Shown here in pieces: positions 27,664-38,933 of a stretch of 64,000 nt of DNA. The position numbers were made by a program, and so were the translations under genes. Under the pieces are notes generated by a model that was given only the letters and a program-made list of their open reading frames with translations, had not been told where the DNA came from and ran no database searches. Positions within the stretch are counted from its first letter, which is position 1. The number at the start of each line of letters is the position of its first letter. The stretch is from an uncultured virus (IMG/VR IMGVR_UViG_3300020148_000031) (lineage: Duplodnaviria > Heunggongvirae > Uroviricota > Caudoviricetes), in the IMG/VR virus record IMGVR_UViG_3300020148_000031; one strand, written 5' to 3'.

Positions 27664-30561
27664 TCAATCATTTTCATTTGGATAACTTTCATCTGTCGAT
27701 TCATTATCGTAATCTTTTACCAGAGGTCTTCCGTTTGAAATTCTTTCATAAATAGAATTAACATTGTAGTTATCTGGGAGAGTATCCCCTTCTTGAAGAA
27801 CACTTATTATCTTTCGATAAACAGCGAAGGAAATAGCTCTTTCAATATAATCAAAGTTGTTCATCTTATATGCATTGTTAAGAGTGTTCATATCAATAAA
27901 TGGAGCGAGCTGTGGATCAATATTAACACTTGCTGACAAATCAAAACGCTTAGCGTTGTCTATAGTTTCAACAGCGCTCTTCTCAGCGCTAGATATATAA
28001 GAGTCAATACTTTCATCCATAGATCTTTCGCGCATTCTTTCAAGACGGTCCGGAGCTTCAATCTTCTCATTTCTAAAGACTTCACTATTGTCAATTAAGA
28101 TTTCTCTAATGTCTGGATTGTTAGATTCTTCCATACACATTCGACAATAGTAGTTACCCGCACCGTCACGCCCTACAATGATATCTTCTCCACCTTTTTC
28201 GCTTCTTAGATTTACACCACAAAGAGAACAAATGAAGTCTTGATCTGCAAGTTCTCTATTGTGATCAATATTAATGTCATCGTATGCAGTAAGAGCGCTT
28301 CTAGAAAATTCACTATTATTCTTATAAAGCTGAGACTTCAATTCAGTTTTAGCGCCACTCAAAGCACCATCAGAGAAAGCTCCACCGTATCGTTTAGCAG
28401 AAACCCCTCCGGCAACAGCGGATCCAGCCATTCGTCCAGAACTCTTCAAAATTCCTGTAGTAGAACTAGAAACTTTATTAGCAATTTGACCAAAGGAGGA
28501 GCTAGAAAGTCGAATAGCTCCTAAGGTGTCGAATATTTGCTTTCTTCCTCTAATAAGAATAAAAGACATGATAATAAGAAGAGCAACTCCTTCAATCCAA
28601 CCTGTTGTTTGCATCATTTCTATAGCCGCCGAAGTGAAAGAAATTGAAAGAGCAAGAAGAAGTGCTACTACGATTCTCTTAATAACATTATTAATGAGTA
28701 ATTCTGCCCAACCCTTGAAGAATTCCCATCCCCGATTTCCCCAAATTCCAATAAGGAACATAATAGGAGATATTGACATAAGAAGAGCAATTCCTATTGA
28801 ATATACTGCAGAAGATAATGCGAAAAAGAATGGTGCGGCGAGACCGATTGCTGCAATAATTAATGAAGATAATGCGATAAGAATCTTATTATATGAATTA
28901 TTTCCAACCCAGTCTCCCCATACCTCAGTTGTAGGGTTATTCTTTGGAACATTATATTGTATAGAGAATTGTTTGTTATTACCAGAACCAGAAACAGAAG
29001 TTTCAACGTTTTCCTCTTGATAATTAGATGTTGCATCTACTATACGCCACCAGTCATTTGCTACACCTGATGAATACTTTGATAATTGACCCTCAAGACC
29101 TGTTGGTGCGTGAGCGTTAGTTTGAGTGCTGAGTTGATATAACGCCCAATTATTAACAATTGTTCCATCCCCAAGAGGGACACCAGCATCTCCAACCATT
29201 TCAGTATTAAGATTTCCTAAAGTGTTTGAACCTTCGGGAGCCCATTCTGGAATCATGTCATTAGCCCATAATTGATCCCAAGTAGTCCCCCATTGCCCTT
29301 GAACCCATGGATCAAATAGGAAAGTTTCCCAATATTGGCACCCTACTTGAGAGCTCATAGTCTTTGAGGCTTGGCTTAATATTGATTGGTTTTCCTCAAC
29401 TTTTGTTGTTACTTGACCAGTCGATGAGTCGATTATATTAACAGTATTGAAATCGCCGACCTCAGTCGCACAAATTTCACTATTGTTCTGAAGCCCCATA
29501 TTCATAGTATTAAGAATGATAGTTTGTCCAAGGACAGCAGCATTATTAGGCAAAGCAATCATAAAAGTGGGCGTGATAGAAAAAATGATAGCAGCCATGT
29601 AAAGAGATATGGAACGAACAAGAGTACTCATTGCCTCTCTATATTGTTTCTTAACAATTCCATTCCATAACATGGAGCCAGCAGTCATTGCAAAAGCAAT
29701 AAGAATAAAAGGTGTAAATATTCCATTAAAGAACTGTTCAAAAATTCCATTCTCAGAACCAATCATATCATTAATTCCGAAAAGAGTAACAATGTCAGAG
29801 AAAGAAATATTAATAAAAGTAATCGTAAGAACTACCATTGTTTTAGTAACTGAGAATATAATATTAGCAATGAGATTGATCAATGTATTTTGAAAAATAA
29901 GGGGAGAAGAGGACCCAAATTGTGCAGTTCTTACATCTTTTGTTTTTAGAATGTCACTCCATGTTGATTCGGGTTCTAACCTTCCTGTATAATAGAGTCC
30001 AGCGTGAGGGTCAATTGGGTCAGTTCCAGCGCAGGCATCAACAACTAGATATTTCCATTCCCCCATATAGTAAGAGAAGTTTAATCCAGAAACTCCAAAT
30101 CTATCAAATGGGTTAACTCTCACACCTTGATTATAAGTAACATCCGTATTAGTATTAGCACTACTTACACCGTCTAGAGAAACACCTAATATTGATTCGT
30201 TGATTTCTTTAAAGTTTGAGCCAGTAATATTTAATAAACTGTTTAGTCCAGAATCAACGTTACTATCAGCAGTATATGTAACAGCACTTCTTGATAAAGT
30301 AGAGAATTGTAAATCAGACGACTGGGTTGTTTGATAAATATAAGCTGTTGGTGAATCATCACCGAAATAGCACATGAACCATTGAATTGGATCGTCAGCT
30401 GACGCTACTTCTACTGATTTTGTCGTGTTGAACATACTTATAATGAATGTAAACCCTACAAAGAAAGTAAGTAATAGAGAGACTAAAAGAGAAAACTTTG
30501 AAAATCTTTTGTAAGAAGTCTGATTCGAAGAGGAGAGATATAAAGATGACATTTTATTCAT
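27664..30561 (-). CDS. Large VirB6/TrbL-like polytopic conjugation membrane protein
   Basis: Multiple TM clusters, FLFDPWVQGQWG, NWALYQL, Gly/Ala-rich tail; paralogue of 30554-34387 and 49883-52918. Confidence 0.65.
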   Translation of the reverse strand: MNKMSSLYLSSSNQTSYKRFSKFSLLVSLLLTFFVGFTFIISMFNTTKSVEVASADDPIQWFMCYFGDDSPTAYIYQTTQSSDLQFSTLSRSAVTYTADSNVDSGLNSLLNITGSNFKEINESILGVSLDGVSSANTNTDVTYNQGVRVNPFDRFGVSGLNFSYYMGEWKYLVVDACAGTDPIDPHAGLYYTGRLEPESTWSDILKTKDVRTAQFGSSSPLIFQNTLINLIANIIFSVTKTMVVLTITFINISFSDIVTLFGINDMIGSENGIFEQFFNGIFTPFILIAFAMTAGSMLWNGIVKKQYREAMSTLVRSISLYMAAIIFSITPTFMIALPNNAAVLGQTIILNTMNMGLQNNSEICATEVGDFNTVNIIDSSTGQVTTKVEENQSILSQASKTMSSQVGCQYWETFLFDPWVQGQWGTTWDQLWANDMIPEWAPEGSNTLGNLNTEMVGDAGVPLGDGTIVNNWALYQLSTQTNAHAPTGLEGQLSKYSSGVANDWWRIVDATSNYQEENVETSVSGSGNNKQFSIQYNVPKNNPTTEVWGDWVGNNSYNKILIALSSLIIAAIGLAAPFFFALSSAVYSIGIALLMSISPIMFLIGIWGNRGWEFFKGWAELLINNVIKRIVVALLLALSISFTSAAIEMMQTTGWIEGVALLIIMSFILIRGRKQIFDTLGAIRLSSSSFGQIANKVSSSTTGILKSSGRMAGSAVAGGVSAKRYGGAFSDGALSGAKTELKSQLYKNNSEFSRSALTAYDDINIDHNRELADQDFICSLCGVNLRSEKGGEDIIVGRDGAGNYYCRMCMEESNNPDIREILIDNSEVFRNEKIEAPDRLERMRERSMDESIDSYISSAEKSAVETIDNAKRFDLSASVNIDPQLAPFIDMNTLNNAYKMNNFDYIERAISFAVYRKIISVLQEGDTLPDNYNVNSIYERISNGRPLVKDYDNESTDESYPNEND

Positions 30562-33500
30562 TCTTTTCTCCTTTTTCATCATCAGAAATGTATTCATAAG
30601 ATTCTAATTCTTCATTAGCGAGACGCTCTTGCAAAGCAAGTTCATCTTTCATTTGATCTCTAATATCTTCTCCAGATCTTGCAGAAATTTTATCAGCGAG
30701 TTCATTATTAACACGTTCGAGAATATCACGTTGGAATTCTTTGTATTCTTCAAGCTTTGTTGAATACCTTTCTTCTAGATCTTTTCTTTCGATATCAGTC
30801 AAATGATTATCTTTTTGATCAAGAAGTTTTTCATAGTTAACATCTTGAAGTTCTTGATACTTCTTTTCAAGATCCATAAGATCTCTTGTTATTTTTGGAG
30901 TAAGAGCATCATGATCTAATCCATTAGGAATAAGGGTTTTTTCTCGAAGATCTTGAATACTTTCATTTTCATTAAGAACTTTACGTTTAAGATCATCACG
31001 AACAGTATCAGAAGCGTTGTCAAATGTTCTTAATAAACCGAAACCTTTGCGTCTTTGATTACGTTTTTCTTTGTTACCTTCAATATGAGCAGCCTGACCC
31101 GCAAGATTTCTAGCGGCATCTAGTCGACTTATTCTATTTCCATTGGAATCAACACCACCAGTAATATAACCAGCAATGAACCCTCCAGCGGCACCAGTCA
31201 CTTTCGCAGAACCTTCATAATAAAGATTCTGGACACTCTTTGGAGCGAACCCCATAAGTCTGTCAAAGTTTCCGCGATAACCCTCGCCGCCCATGAAAGA
31301 CCCCATCTTTCCATCAAAGGCTCTTTCAACTTCACCTAATACTTCTTTCTTGTATTTTAAGAATACTACACAAATAATAATAAGGAAGATCCCGTTAAGG
31401 ATAAAGTTTTCCGAACTGTTTCCAAAAGCCATAAGCAATCTTAACATAATAATAAGCATTACAACAAGAATTATTCTTTGCATCAAAAGACCTAAAATAG
31501 TTCCCATATATGCTTTTAATTTTGATCTTCCTTGGGTTGGATGTAAACCGATAAGGAAGACAAAAGGAAGCAAAAGAACCATTAAGGAGGCCATAGTTGT
31601 AACAAATATTTTACTTGCTGAGTAACTGATAACAGTAACAGCTCCAATAACTGTTGCTATTGTACCTAAGAATGTTGTCTCTAATCTTGTTGAATTATTC
31701 CCCATAGATCCTGACCAAGCACTAAAATATCTTGAATCAGTCCCTTCTCCATTATTAGGGCCTGCTTGCATATCAACAATTCTGTAAAAATCAGGAGACA
31801 CTTTTCCGCTTACTGCATATGGGTCAGTACTTGTAGTAGTTCCGGAAGTTGTTACATCTAGCTGATATAAAGCCCAATTTCTTTCAATAATACCTGCACC
31901 TAAATTAACAGAAGCATCCCCCACAAGATCACCATTAGTGTTATTCATTTTAGTAATTGATGCGCTTTCAGCTGAATAGAGATTATTGTATCCAGTTCCC
32001 CATTGTCCATTAACCCATGTATTAAAGACGAATACTCTCCAGTTCTCACACATAAGATTTCTTACAGAATCATCAGTGTTGTATGAAAGAAGATCCCCAT
32101 TAATGCTAAAATAATTAGCAGAATTAGAGGTTAGAGAACTTGTTGCCGTACATATTTGATTAGTATCTTCATATCCAATGTTAAATGCGAGACCAAGTAC
32201 CGCTGATTCTACTTTTGATGGAACCGCTTCTACTGCATTAATAGTAGCTTCTGGATTATACATAAGAGCTAAACCTGTAATGTATGTCAGTAAGATAAAT
32301 AGAATGCTTTTAAATTGTTGTGAATAGTTTTTTCTTCTTCCTGCTTCAACAAGTAATTGAATTCCACCTATTGCAATGACAAGAAGGGAAAGGGGCATAA
32401 ATAAGCTATTTTTAAAACTTGTAATAAGGTTTACCATGAGGTCTTTAAGCCCGAGATGTGTTAATGGTTCGCCAAATGATAATTTGATCATAAAGTTACT
32501 AATAGAATTTACGAAACCAGAAAAAGTTAAAAGATTATTTGCAAGAGAGTTTCTAAAATCGCTTTGCATTTGTAAGAATACGCTTAATATTGTGGTATTT
32601 TCAAAAGAGAATCTTGTATCAGGTTCGGGTTTTTCTTGATATTTTGTATATCCATTTCCAAAAACTCCATTCTGTACAGGAGAACGAACTTCTGAACATA
32701 GTGAATTAAGGTCTCCGTTAGAGCTATAAAGGTAAACAAAGCTTCCATTTGTGATCATATCTGAACCATCAGGATTGAGACAAATATATCTATTCCATGG
32801 AGCATTAAAATTATTTGCTGGATCGGAGTACCATTTTCTCATCTGATGTTCTTGTAATCTTTCAGCCCACCAATCTGTATTATTTTTGGACTGTATATCA
32901 TAGAGAAGTTCATTCGAAACTCTCGCCCATTCAGTACTCCAACAAGATTGTAATTCTGAAACTTCAGTTGATGGATCTGTCGAATTAACATTAACTTGAC
33001 ATGTCATTCCATAAGCTGCAGAAATATCAAAATAATTCTTATTGTTGTCATACCATTCTTGAAGGGTTTCCGCTTGTTGTTTCCCTTCAGGGTCATATTC
33101 ATACCAAGATTCAGCTACAGTTGACGCATCTTGTCCGTTGTTTTCAGCTTTTATAACCCTTGAACTATAAGCATAATCTGCTCGCGCTGAACAGGTACCT
33201 TCAGTTACTCCAGGAGGATTGTCATAACCTGTTAGTTCGACTTTCTCCCCATCTGAATTAAGATAAATACAGCTAGAGATTGCTTCTAATGGTTCAGGGG
33301 GACCTCCAGATATCGATACAAAGTCATCCGGAAGAGTAGCATTTTCTGGAGAATTTTGAGTAATCATGTCATAGAAAGATTGCATTAATAACGCAGAAAT
33401 TTCTATGTCAGTTAATTCTCTTGCTCCATAAAGAGTATTAGAATAATTTACTCGATACCAGGCATTAGTATTTGCAACGTTAAGATCTGAAGTGTCAAGG

Positions 33501-34387
33501 ATTGTGTTAACTCCAGCACTTACTCCAGACTCCCCACCAGAGAAAAGAGCACCTACAGCACTTAATATATCCTTATTTTTTAAAGCATTCCCAACATTGT
33601 TTACTACCGTATTAAGAGCAGCGGTCACTCCGTCTACAACAGCACTTGCCCCTAATCTTATGTTATCCATCAACCCGAAGTTAGACATCGTTCTCGCTGA
33701 GTTGAGAACTTTTATATGGTCCCATTCTCCATAATAAGATGTATATTTGAGATTATAACCGTAAATTTCATAAGCAGTATATTTTATGCTTCTATCATCA
33801 GGGTTGATTGGAATTTCACCCAAACCTGTTGGGAGAGCGTAATTAGCAAACATTTTATTACTTGTTACTTGAGCATCAGCTGAAGCTCCACTTGTGACAT
33901 AAAGAGAAAGAACATCTTGAAAGAATTCTGCAGTAATATTCGGGATATCACAATTGTGATAAAGTAAGGTCCCAGCATTAGGGTCGTTCACATCACAAAG
34001 CATTCCTGAGCTTGGTTTTGAATAACCGCTAGAAGCTACACCGTCACTTACATCATTTAAATAATGAGCGGACACTAAACGTTGGAAAACCTGAGCAAAA
34101 GAATCAGGGTCAGTATCAGAACTTGACCGATCAAGTCCCTCTAGGAAACTATCTGTTGTTTGCTCAAGACCATAATCGCTTGCTAAATCATCATAATCTT
34201 CAGCAGCATTAGCGATAATAGTTGGAGAAATTAAGGAAGAGATTATAGCGATGAGGATAAGAACTGACATAGATAAAGAGATTAAAGTTTTTGAAATCCC
34301 TTTATTAAATGTTGTATAAACACTTCTCTTATTTCTGAAATCATTATCCAGATATTCAGAATGTTGTGTAGAGAAAGCCTTTCGCAT
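30554..34387 (-). CDS. Large VirB6/TrbL-like polytopic conjugation membrane protein
   Basis: FVFNTWVNGQWG, NWALYQL, TM cluster with GLHPTQGR. Confidence 0.65.
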   Translation of the reverse strand: MRKAFSTQHSEYLDNDFRNKRSVYTTFNKGISKTLISLSMSVLILIAIISSLISPTIIANAAEDYDDLASDYGLEQTTDSFLEGLDRSSSDTDPDSFAQVFQRLVSAHYLNDVSDGVASSGYSKPSSGMLCDVNDPNAGTLLYHNCDIPNITAEFFQDVLSLYVTSGASADAQVTSNKMFANYALPTGLGEIPINPDDRSIKYTAYEIYGYNLKYTSYYGEWDHIKVLNSARTMSNFGLMDNIRLGASAVVDGVTAALNTVVNNVGNALKNKDILSAVGALFSGGESGVSAGVNTILDTSDLNVANTNAWYRVNYSNTLYGARELTDIEISALLMQSFYDMITQNSPENATLPDDFVSISGGPPEPLEAISSCIYLNSDGEKVELTGYDNPPGVTEGTCSARADYAYSSRVIKAENNGQDASTVAESWYEYDPEGKQQAETLQEWYDNNKNYFDISAAYGMTCQVNVNSTDPSTEVSELQSCWSTEWARVSNELLYDIQSKNNTDWWAERLQEHQMRKWYSDPANNFNAPWNRYICLNPDGSDMITNGSFVYLYSSNGDLNSLCSEVRSPVQNGVFGNGYTKYQEKPEPDTRFSFENTTILSVFLQMQSDFRNSLANNLLTFSGFVNSISNFMIKLSFGEPLTHLGLKDLMVNLITSFKNSLFMPLSLLVIAIGGIQLLVEAGRRKNYSQQFKSILFILLTYITGLALMYNPEATINAVEAVPSKVESAVLGLAFNIGYEDTNQICTATSSLTSNSANYFSINGDLLSYNTDDSVRNLMCENWRVFVFNTWVNGQWGTGYNNLYSAESASITKMNNTNGDLVGDASVNLGAGIIERNWALYQLDVTTSGTTTSTDPYAVSGKVSPDFYRIVDMQAGPNNGEGTDSRYFSAWSGSMGNNSTRLETTFLGTIATVIGAVTVISYSASKIFVTTMASLMVLLLPFVFLIGLHPTQGRSKLKAYMGTILGLLMQRIILVVMLIIMLRLLMAFGNSSENFILNGIFLIIICVVFLKYKKEVLGEVERAFDGKMGSFMGGEGYRGNFDRLMGFAPKSVQNLYYEGSAKVTGAAGGFIAGYITGGVDSNGNRISRLDAARNLAGQAAHIEGNKEKRNQRRKGFGLLRTFDNASDTVRDDLKRKVLNENESIQDLREKTLIPNGLDHDALTPKITRDLMDLEKKYQELQDVNYEKLLDQKDNHLTDIERKDLEERYSTKLEEYKEFQRDILERVNNELADKISARSGEDIRDQMKDELALQERLANEELESYEYISDDEKGEKNE

Positions 34388-34411
34388 TTATCTTTTTTCC
34401 TTTATTTGACA

Positions 34412-34960
34412 TTAGTCTTCTTCGCTATCATTAATTGCATAGAGAACAGCTTTACAAGTATCAGGTTTGTTACCGCAAAATATACAGTCGTATCCATATT
34501 GAATAGAGCGCTTAGAATAATACTCATGGAACATTTGTATTTTTCTAAAACCTAAACAGAACAGTAACTCTTCATTTCCTATAAGCGGTACGCCTGGTTC
34601 TCCGTCTCTATCATCAGTCGAAGGAGTTTTCAACAAGAGTTCAACGCGGTCAGCTCCATATGCTGACATTTTTCGTAAAGTTCCAAATGTAAGCAGTGTT
34701 CCGAAACCTTCTCCGCGATATGCAGTTGATACGCAAACTGCGTCAATGACTCCAGTTACATATGTTTCACCATTCTTCATTTTAGTGTTTTTAAAATGAT
34801 AGAGCGCAAACCCAATAAAAGCGCCATCGCTAATTTTAATCATAAGATGATAAGTGTTAGAATATGAAAAAATTGATTTTAAAACGCCAAGTCCAAGTGA
34901 CTCATTCGCTATCTTTTTAATCTCTAATGGAAGAGAAGAATAGGTGAGTTTTGGTTGCAT
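34412..34960 (-). CDS. GNAT family acetyltransferase
   Basis: VCVSTAYRGEGFGTLL motif A; LGF..YY; C-terminal CxxC. Confidence 0.8.
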   Translation of the reverse strand: MQPKLTYSSLPLEIKKIANESLGLGVLKSIFSYSNTYHLMIKISDGAFIGFALYHFKNTKMKNGETYVTGVIDAVCVSTAYRGEGFGTLLTFGTLRKMSAYGADRVELLLKTPSTDDRDGEPGVPLIGNEELLFCLGFRKIQMFHEYYSKRSIQYGYDCIFCGNKPDTCKAVLYAINDSEED

Positions 34961-35004
34961 GTATTTCTCTTTTCTTTAAATATTACTTTTTTAATATCAG
35001 CTTA

Positions 35005-35421
35005 TTAATCTTCATCATCATTCAAGAATGGGTTTTCTGAAGATATTGAATATTTATTTTTCCTATAATCCTCATATTTATCTACTACTTCTTTTGTAAT
35101 GAGTTTAGACCAATTATCTCTTGTGAGAACCCCATGATCATTAGAATAAGGACCAAATGCTTTGAATAAAGATTTTATCTTTTTACTAAGTCTCACTGTT
35201 AATCTATAATGAGGAGGTATTTCTTTACCGTCTAACTGATAACCTTTCCAGCTAGAACTACTGATGGAAAGTACGTTAGTGATATGAAATTCACCCTTGT
35301 TTACTATCTCTTCGACAATTACATCAGTGTATTTATTAATAACATCTTCAACTACATCTCGTCTAATCATTAAGTCTTTTGATAACTTAGTTATTATTTC
35401 ATCTTTACTTGTTTTAGCCAT
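35005..35421 (-). CDS. HU/IHF-like DNA-binding protein (divergent)
   Basis: SKDEIITKLSKDL...KGEFHITNVLSI...EIPPHYRLTVRLSKKIK. Confidence 0.6.
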   Translation of the reverse strand: MAKTSKDEIITKLSKDLMIRRDVVEDVINKYTDVIVEEIVNKGEFHITNVLSISSSSWKGYQLDGKEIPPHYRLTVRLSKKIKSLFKAFGPYSNDHGVLTRDNWSKLITKEVVDKYEDYRKNKYSISSENPFLNDDED

Positions 35422-35434
35422 AATTTCACTCTTC

Positions 35435-35887
35435 TTAGTTAGCGTATGATCCGACACCATAATAAACAGCAGTGCGTAACCACTTTTCTATAGAATTTTT
35501 CATGAAAGTATCAAATTGAGAAACATTTATTGCTTCTTCTCTTCCTTCAAAGTCTACTTCCCAACCATCTCTTAAAAGAATGAAGCTAGTCTTGCAAGAA
35601 TCGTATTTCTTATCAGGGAGATGAAAAGTTTCATATTCCTTTAGAGAATTCATTCTTATGCAAAGTTCGTTCTCTAACTTCCACTCGATATGAGATATTT
35701 CGGAAACTTTTCTAGAGAGTTGGATTTTCGCATTACTCTTAATCAGATTCCTTTTTTCTGTGTTAAGGGACAAATTCCATTTTTTCTCAGCTATGGCCAT
35801 TTCGTCATCCATTATTCTTTCAAAAGAATTAAGGAAAGAATTTTCTAGTTTGATGTTAACGAAAATTTTATTAATATTGTTTTTCAT
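35435..35887 (-). CDS. Hypothetical protein
   Basis: 150-aa ORF in a co-oriented gene run. Confidence 0.6.
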   Translation of the reverse strand: MKNNINKIFVNIKLENSFLNSFERIMDDEMAIAEKKWNLSLNTEKRNLIKSNAKIQLSRKVSEISHIEWKLENELCIRMNSLKEYETFHLPDKKYDSCKTSFILLRDGWEVDFEGREEAINVSQFDTFMKNSIEKWLRTAVYYGVGSYAN

Positions 35888-35941
35888 GAAGCTTTTTTCT
35901 CCAAATAAAGTTTATTATCTTTATTTTACAAACTATTTCTA

Positions 35942-36238
35942 TTATTCTTCAGAATGACTGTTAAGTATTTCTTTAAAAACTTTAGACACTTTTATTCTTA
36001 CGGTCTTACTAGAAGGAACTATTGAATTTTCTCCAGTTTTTGGGTTCTTCATTACTCTACCCATTCTTTGGTGCGGAGCAAGAGAGATAAAACCAGTTAA
36101 TCTTACTTCATCACCTCTATCAATTGCATCAATAATAGAGTCTTGAAGAGCGTCTATAAAACGTTCAGTAGAAGCTTTAGACATCTTTGTCTTCTTTGAA
36201 ATCTCGTTTACAAGAGAAGCTTTATTAAAAAGAGACAC
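35942..36238 (-). CDS. hup: HU family DNA-binding protein
   Basis: NKASLVNEISKKT...GDEVRLTGF...RMGRVMKNPKTGE. Confidence 0.88.
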   Translation of the reverse strand: MSLFNKASLVNEISKKTKMSKASTERFIDALQDSIIDAIDRGDEVRLTGFISLAPHQRMGRVMKNPKTGENSIVPSSKTVRIKVSKVFKEILNSHSEE

Positions 36239-36609
36239 TAAAATTCTCCGTTCTTTTGTTGATTATTAAATGGATTATTGAGGAATGGGTTTTCATCAAA
36301 GTTATATTCAATAACTTCATCTGACGGTATATCATCTTCTTGAGATAAAGAAGAACTTTGATCAATCTCTGGTAAGGAAAAATCATCTTCTTCAATAAAG
36401 AAGTTTGAAGACTCCTCTTCGTCACTGAGTTCTTCCTCTTCATCACTTACTAAATTAGGAAGTGATGCATGATTATATCTTACTTGATTGATAATACTTT
36501 TGATAAAAAGAAACATTGTAATAATAAAAATTAATCCAATAAATCCTAGAAAACCATAAGCTGTATATTCCTGAAGATCAGTTATTCCTAAATAAAAAAT
36601 ATTAAACAT
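36238..36609 (-). CDS. Small membrane protein with acidic tail
   Basis: TM at aa17-40. Confidence 0.6.
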   Translation of the reverse strand: MFNIFYLGITDLQEYTAYGFLGFIGLIFIITMFLFIKSIINQVRYNHASLPNLVSDEEEELSDEEESSNFFIEEDDFSLPEIDQSSSLSQEDDIPSDEVIEYNFDENPFLNNPFNNQQKNGEF

Positions 36610-37702
36610 TCTTTACCACTCTCTTTTCTTCAAAAAGAACTAGATATTTATCAATTCCTACGTTTTTATTTTGTTTCTCAATTTGTGAAATAATTGCCCC
36701 TACATCAAATTGATCAAAAGAGTCATCCTGTACAGAAATAAGGAATTTGTAAAAAGGGCCAGAAATATCTTTCATTAAATCTTTCCACCTGTTGGACAGA
36801 ATCCTATATTCAGAAGAAGTAAGAGTATCAGTTATTTCTTTTACATCAAAATCTCGAGAAGTAGCTTGAAGATCAGACATAAGAACAGCAGTTGCTTCAG
36901 GTGTGAAGTTGTATTTATTTAAAAATACTCCAAAAATAGTTTGACTGAAAGGATCATCGTCTTCTCTAGAAAGCTGAATCTCAGCAGAATAATCTTCAAT
37001 AGGATCTAAAAGATTGACGGTTGAAAGGTTCTTCTCAAAATCTTCTTGTTCTTTAATAATGTCTAACGTCATTGAAAGATTGGCGCGCGAAGGTTTGTCC
37101 GAGCTTCCTACTGGACCGTTAAGATTTTTCAAGTCAGCCTTTCCGCTTAGGAAATACTCTAAAACCTCTTCATTTTCGGCATATCTTCCAAGATTAGATG
37201 ACATTTTTTTTCGCACTGCAGATATTTTTTTATATCTTTGGAATCTTGATGGAGCAACTCCAAAAGGAGCTTCAATAACACTTAATTCTTTTTTAGCGTA
37301 AGTGACAATCCATTGAAATAAATAATTAGTACTTGATTGATTAATCTTGGTTACATCAAAATGTCTTAACCCTTTAGTCATCCCATTAATTCCCGCGTAA
37401 TAAAGAATGTCAAAGAGATCATCTTTATTCTTTAGGTGAGAGTTCATAATAATTTTATTAAGTTCTCTTGTAATAAGAGGACCACTTAAGGCCGCGATTT
37501 TATTAACAACAAGTTCTTTTAATCTGGATTGATTTTCATGAAAATTCTTTTCCGAAGGCGTAAGATTTCCATTAAGAAGCTTCTCTAAAGATTCTTCCCC
37601 AAGGTGAAAGAGAGGTACGAAATATTTAAGAGTTTCAATAGTAATTCTATCATTAGTATTCTTACGACGAGGCTTCTGGCTGATTTTTATATCATCTTTC
37701 AT
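36602..37702 (-). CDS. Divergent sigma-70-like protein
   Basis: DILYYAGINGMTKGLRHFD...TNYLFQWI (region 2-like); LGRYAENEEV (region 3-like). Confidence 0.6.
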   Translation of the reverse strand: MKDDIKISQKPRRKNTNDRITIETLKYFVPLFHLGEESLEKLLNGNLTPSEKNFHENQSRLKELVVNKIAALSGPLITRELNKIIMNSHLKNKDDLFDILYYAGINGMTKGLRHFDVTKINQSSTNYLFQWIVTYAKKELSVIEAPFGVAPSRFQRYKKISAVRKKMSSNLGRYAENEEVLEYFLSGKADLKNLNGPVGSSDKPSRANLSMTLDIIKEQEDFEKNLSTVNLLDPIEDYSAEIQLSREDDDPFSQTIFGVFLNKYNFTPEATAVLMSDLQATSRDFDVKEITDTLTSSEYRILSNRWKDLMKDISGPFYKFLISVQDDSFDQFDVGAIISQIEKQNKNVGIDKYLVLFEEKRVVKNV

Positions 37703-38901
37703 AAGTTCCTCGTTTCATTAGATAAAGGTAAACCTCGCGGCGGTATTACACTGGGTTCAGTTTGTAAAGACCCATGACCTGGAGATATTGTTTTAACAGA
37801 TGAGTTTGTTATACGAAGAATATCAATATTTTTTCTAAGGAATTTCTTACGAAGATTATCTGTCATTGATGAAACTTTTTCAAAGCCGTCTCTTGTTGGG
37901 TCATATTTGTATAGTGGGTTTGTTGTAATGCTCGCACTTTCATCATTTCCGATTGTTGGAGTTATTTCTTGTATGTGACTGACGCGATGCTTTCCATTAG
38001 GGAGTATGGTTAATTGAACGATAAGATCGATAGCATTTGCTATACTAGTATTGATTGATCTAATGGGAATATTAGGTGAACCTTCTGAAGCAAATAATGT
38101 CATTTTTCTAAGGCATGCTACTGGATCATCAGCGTGAATAGTAGTAAGAGACCCTTCCATTCCAGAATTAGCGGCGACCAAGAAGTCGGCAAATTCTTTA
38201 CCTCTTGTTTCTCCTACAATAATTTTGTCTAATCTCATTCTTTGAAATTGAGAAACAACCCATGAAAGAGTAGCTACTTTATTTGGATCCATTCCAGGTC
38301 TCCAGGGAACTGAATGAAGATAAGTGACATTTGGTTGACTAAGAACCAATTCAGGAGTGTCCTCAGCCACACCAATTCGTTGATCTTTACGAATGAGTTT
38401 AGTTAAAGCTTCGAGAGTAGTAGTTTTACCAGACCCTGTAGAACCACTTAAGACAATGGTTACATTTGCTTGAACAGCAGCTGAAAGAAAATTAAACATC
38501 TCTGAACTCATAGACCCCTTAAGAGCTATATCTTCTAAACCTAAAAGATTTGGGCTCTTCTTTGCAATAGTAATTTGAGGAGAGTCAGATGCAGGCGGTA
38601 AAACAATATGACAACGCCCTTTTACTTCAAGGTCTCCCGCTTTGTAATAAAGTGGACCTTCATATAAATATGAGTTTTTTTCAAAAGGTATAGTTGATCG
38701 TATAAAAGGGATAAGACCTTCATCAAGACTTTCAATGTATCTACTTTCACTTGCAAAAGAAGCGTTTGGAAATTTTATTCTCTGCCCATCCTTTTTAAAG
38801 AAGATTTCATCTGGACCATTAATCTGAAGTTCTGATACTGTAGGGTCTAACAAAACATTAAGACACATGTTCCATTCTGGAACTTGAGTAATTGTATACA
38901 T
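37699..38901 (-). CDS. CpaF/TadA (VirB11-family) secretion ATPase
   Basis: SGSTGSGKTT, EDTPEL, RMRLDKIIVGETRG, GSLTTIHA. Confidence 0.92.
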   Translation of the reverse strand: MYTITQVPEWNMCLNVLLDPTVSELQINGPDEIFFKKDGQRIKFPNASFASESRYIESLDEGLIPFIRSTIPFEKNSYLYEGPLYYKAGDLEVKGRCHIVLPPASDSPQITIAKKSPNLLGLEDIALKGSMSSEMFNFLSAAVQANVTIVLSGSTGSGKTTTLEALTKLIRKDQRIGVAEDTPELVLSQPNVTYLHSVPWRPGMDPNKVATLSWVVSQFQRMRLDKIIVGETRGKEFADFLVAANSGMEGSLTTIHADDPVACLRKMTLFASEGSPNIPIRSINTSIANAIDLIVQLTILPNGKHRVSHIQEITPTIGNDESASITTNPLYKYDPTRDGFEKVSSMTDNLRKKFLRKNIDILRITNSSVKTISPGHGSLQTEPSVIPPRGLPLSNETRNL

Positions 38902-38933
38902 AGAAACTCCTTAAGGAATATATTTAATATCGC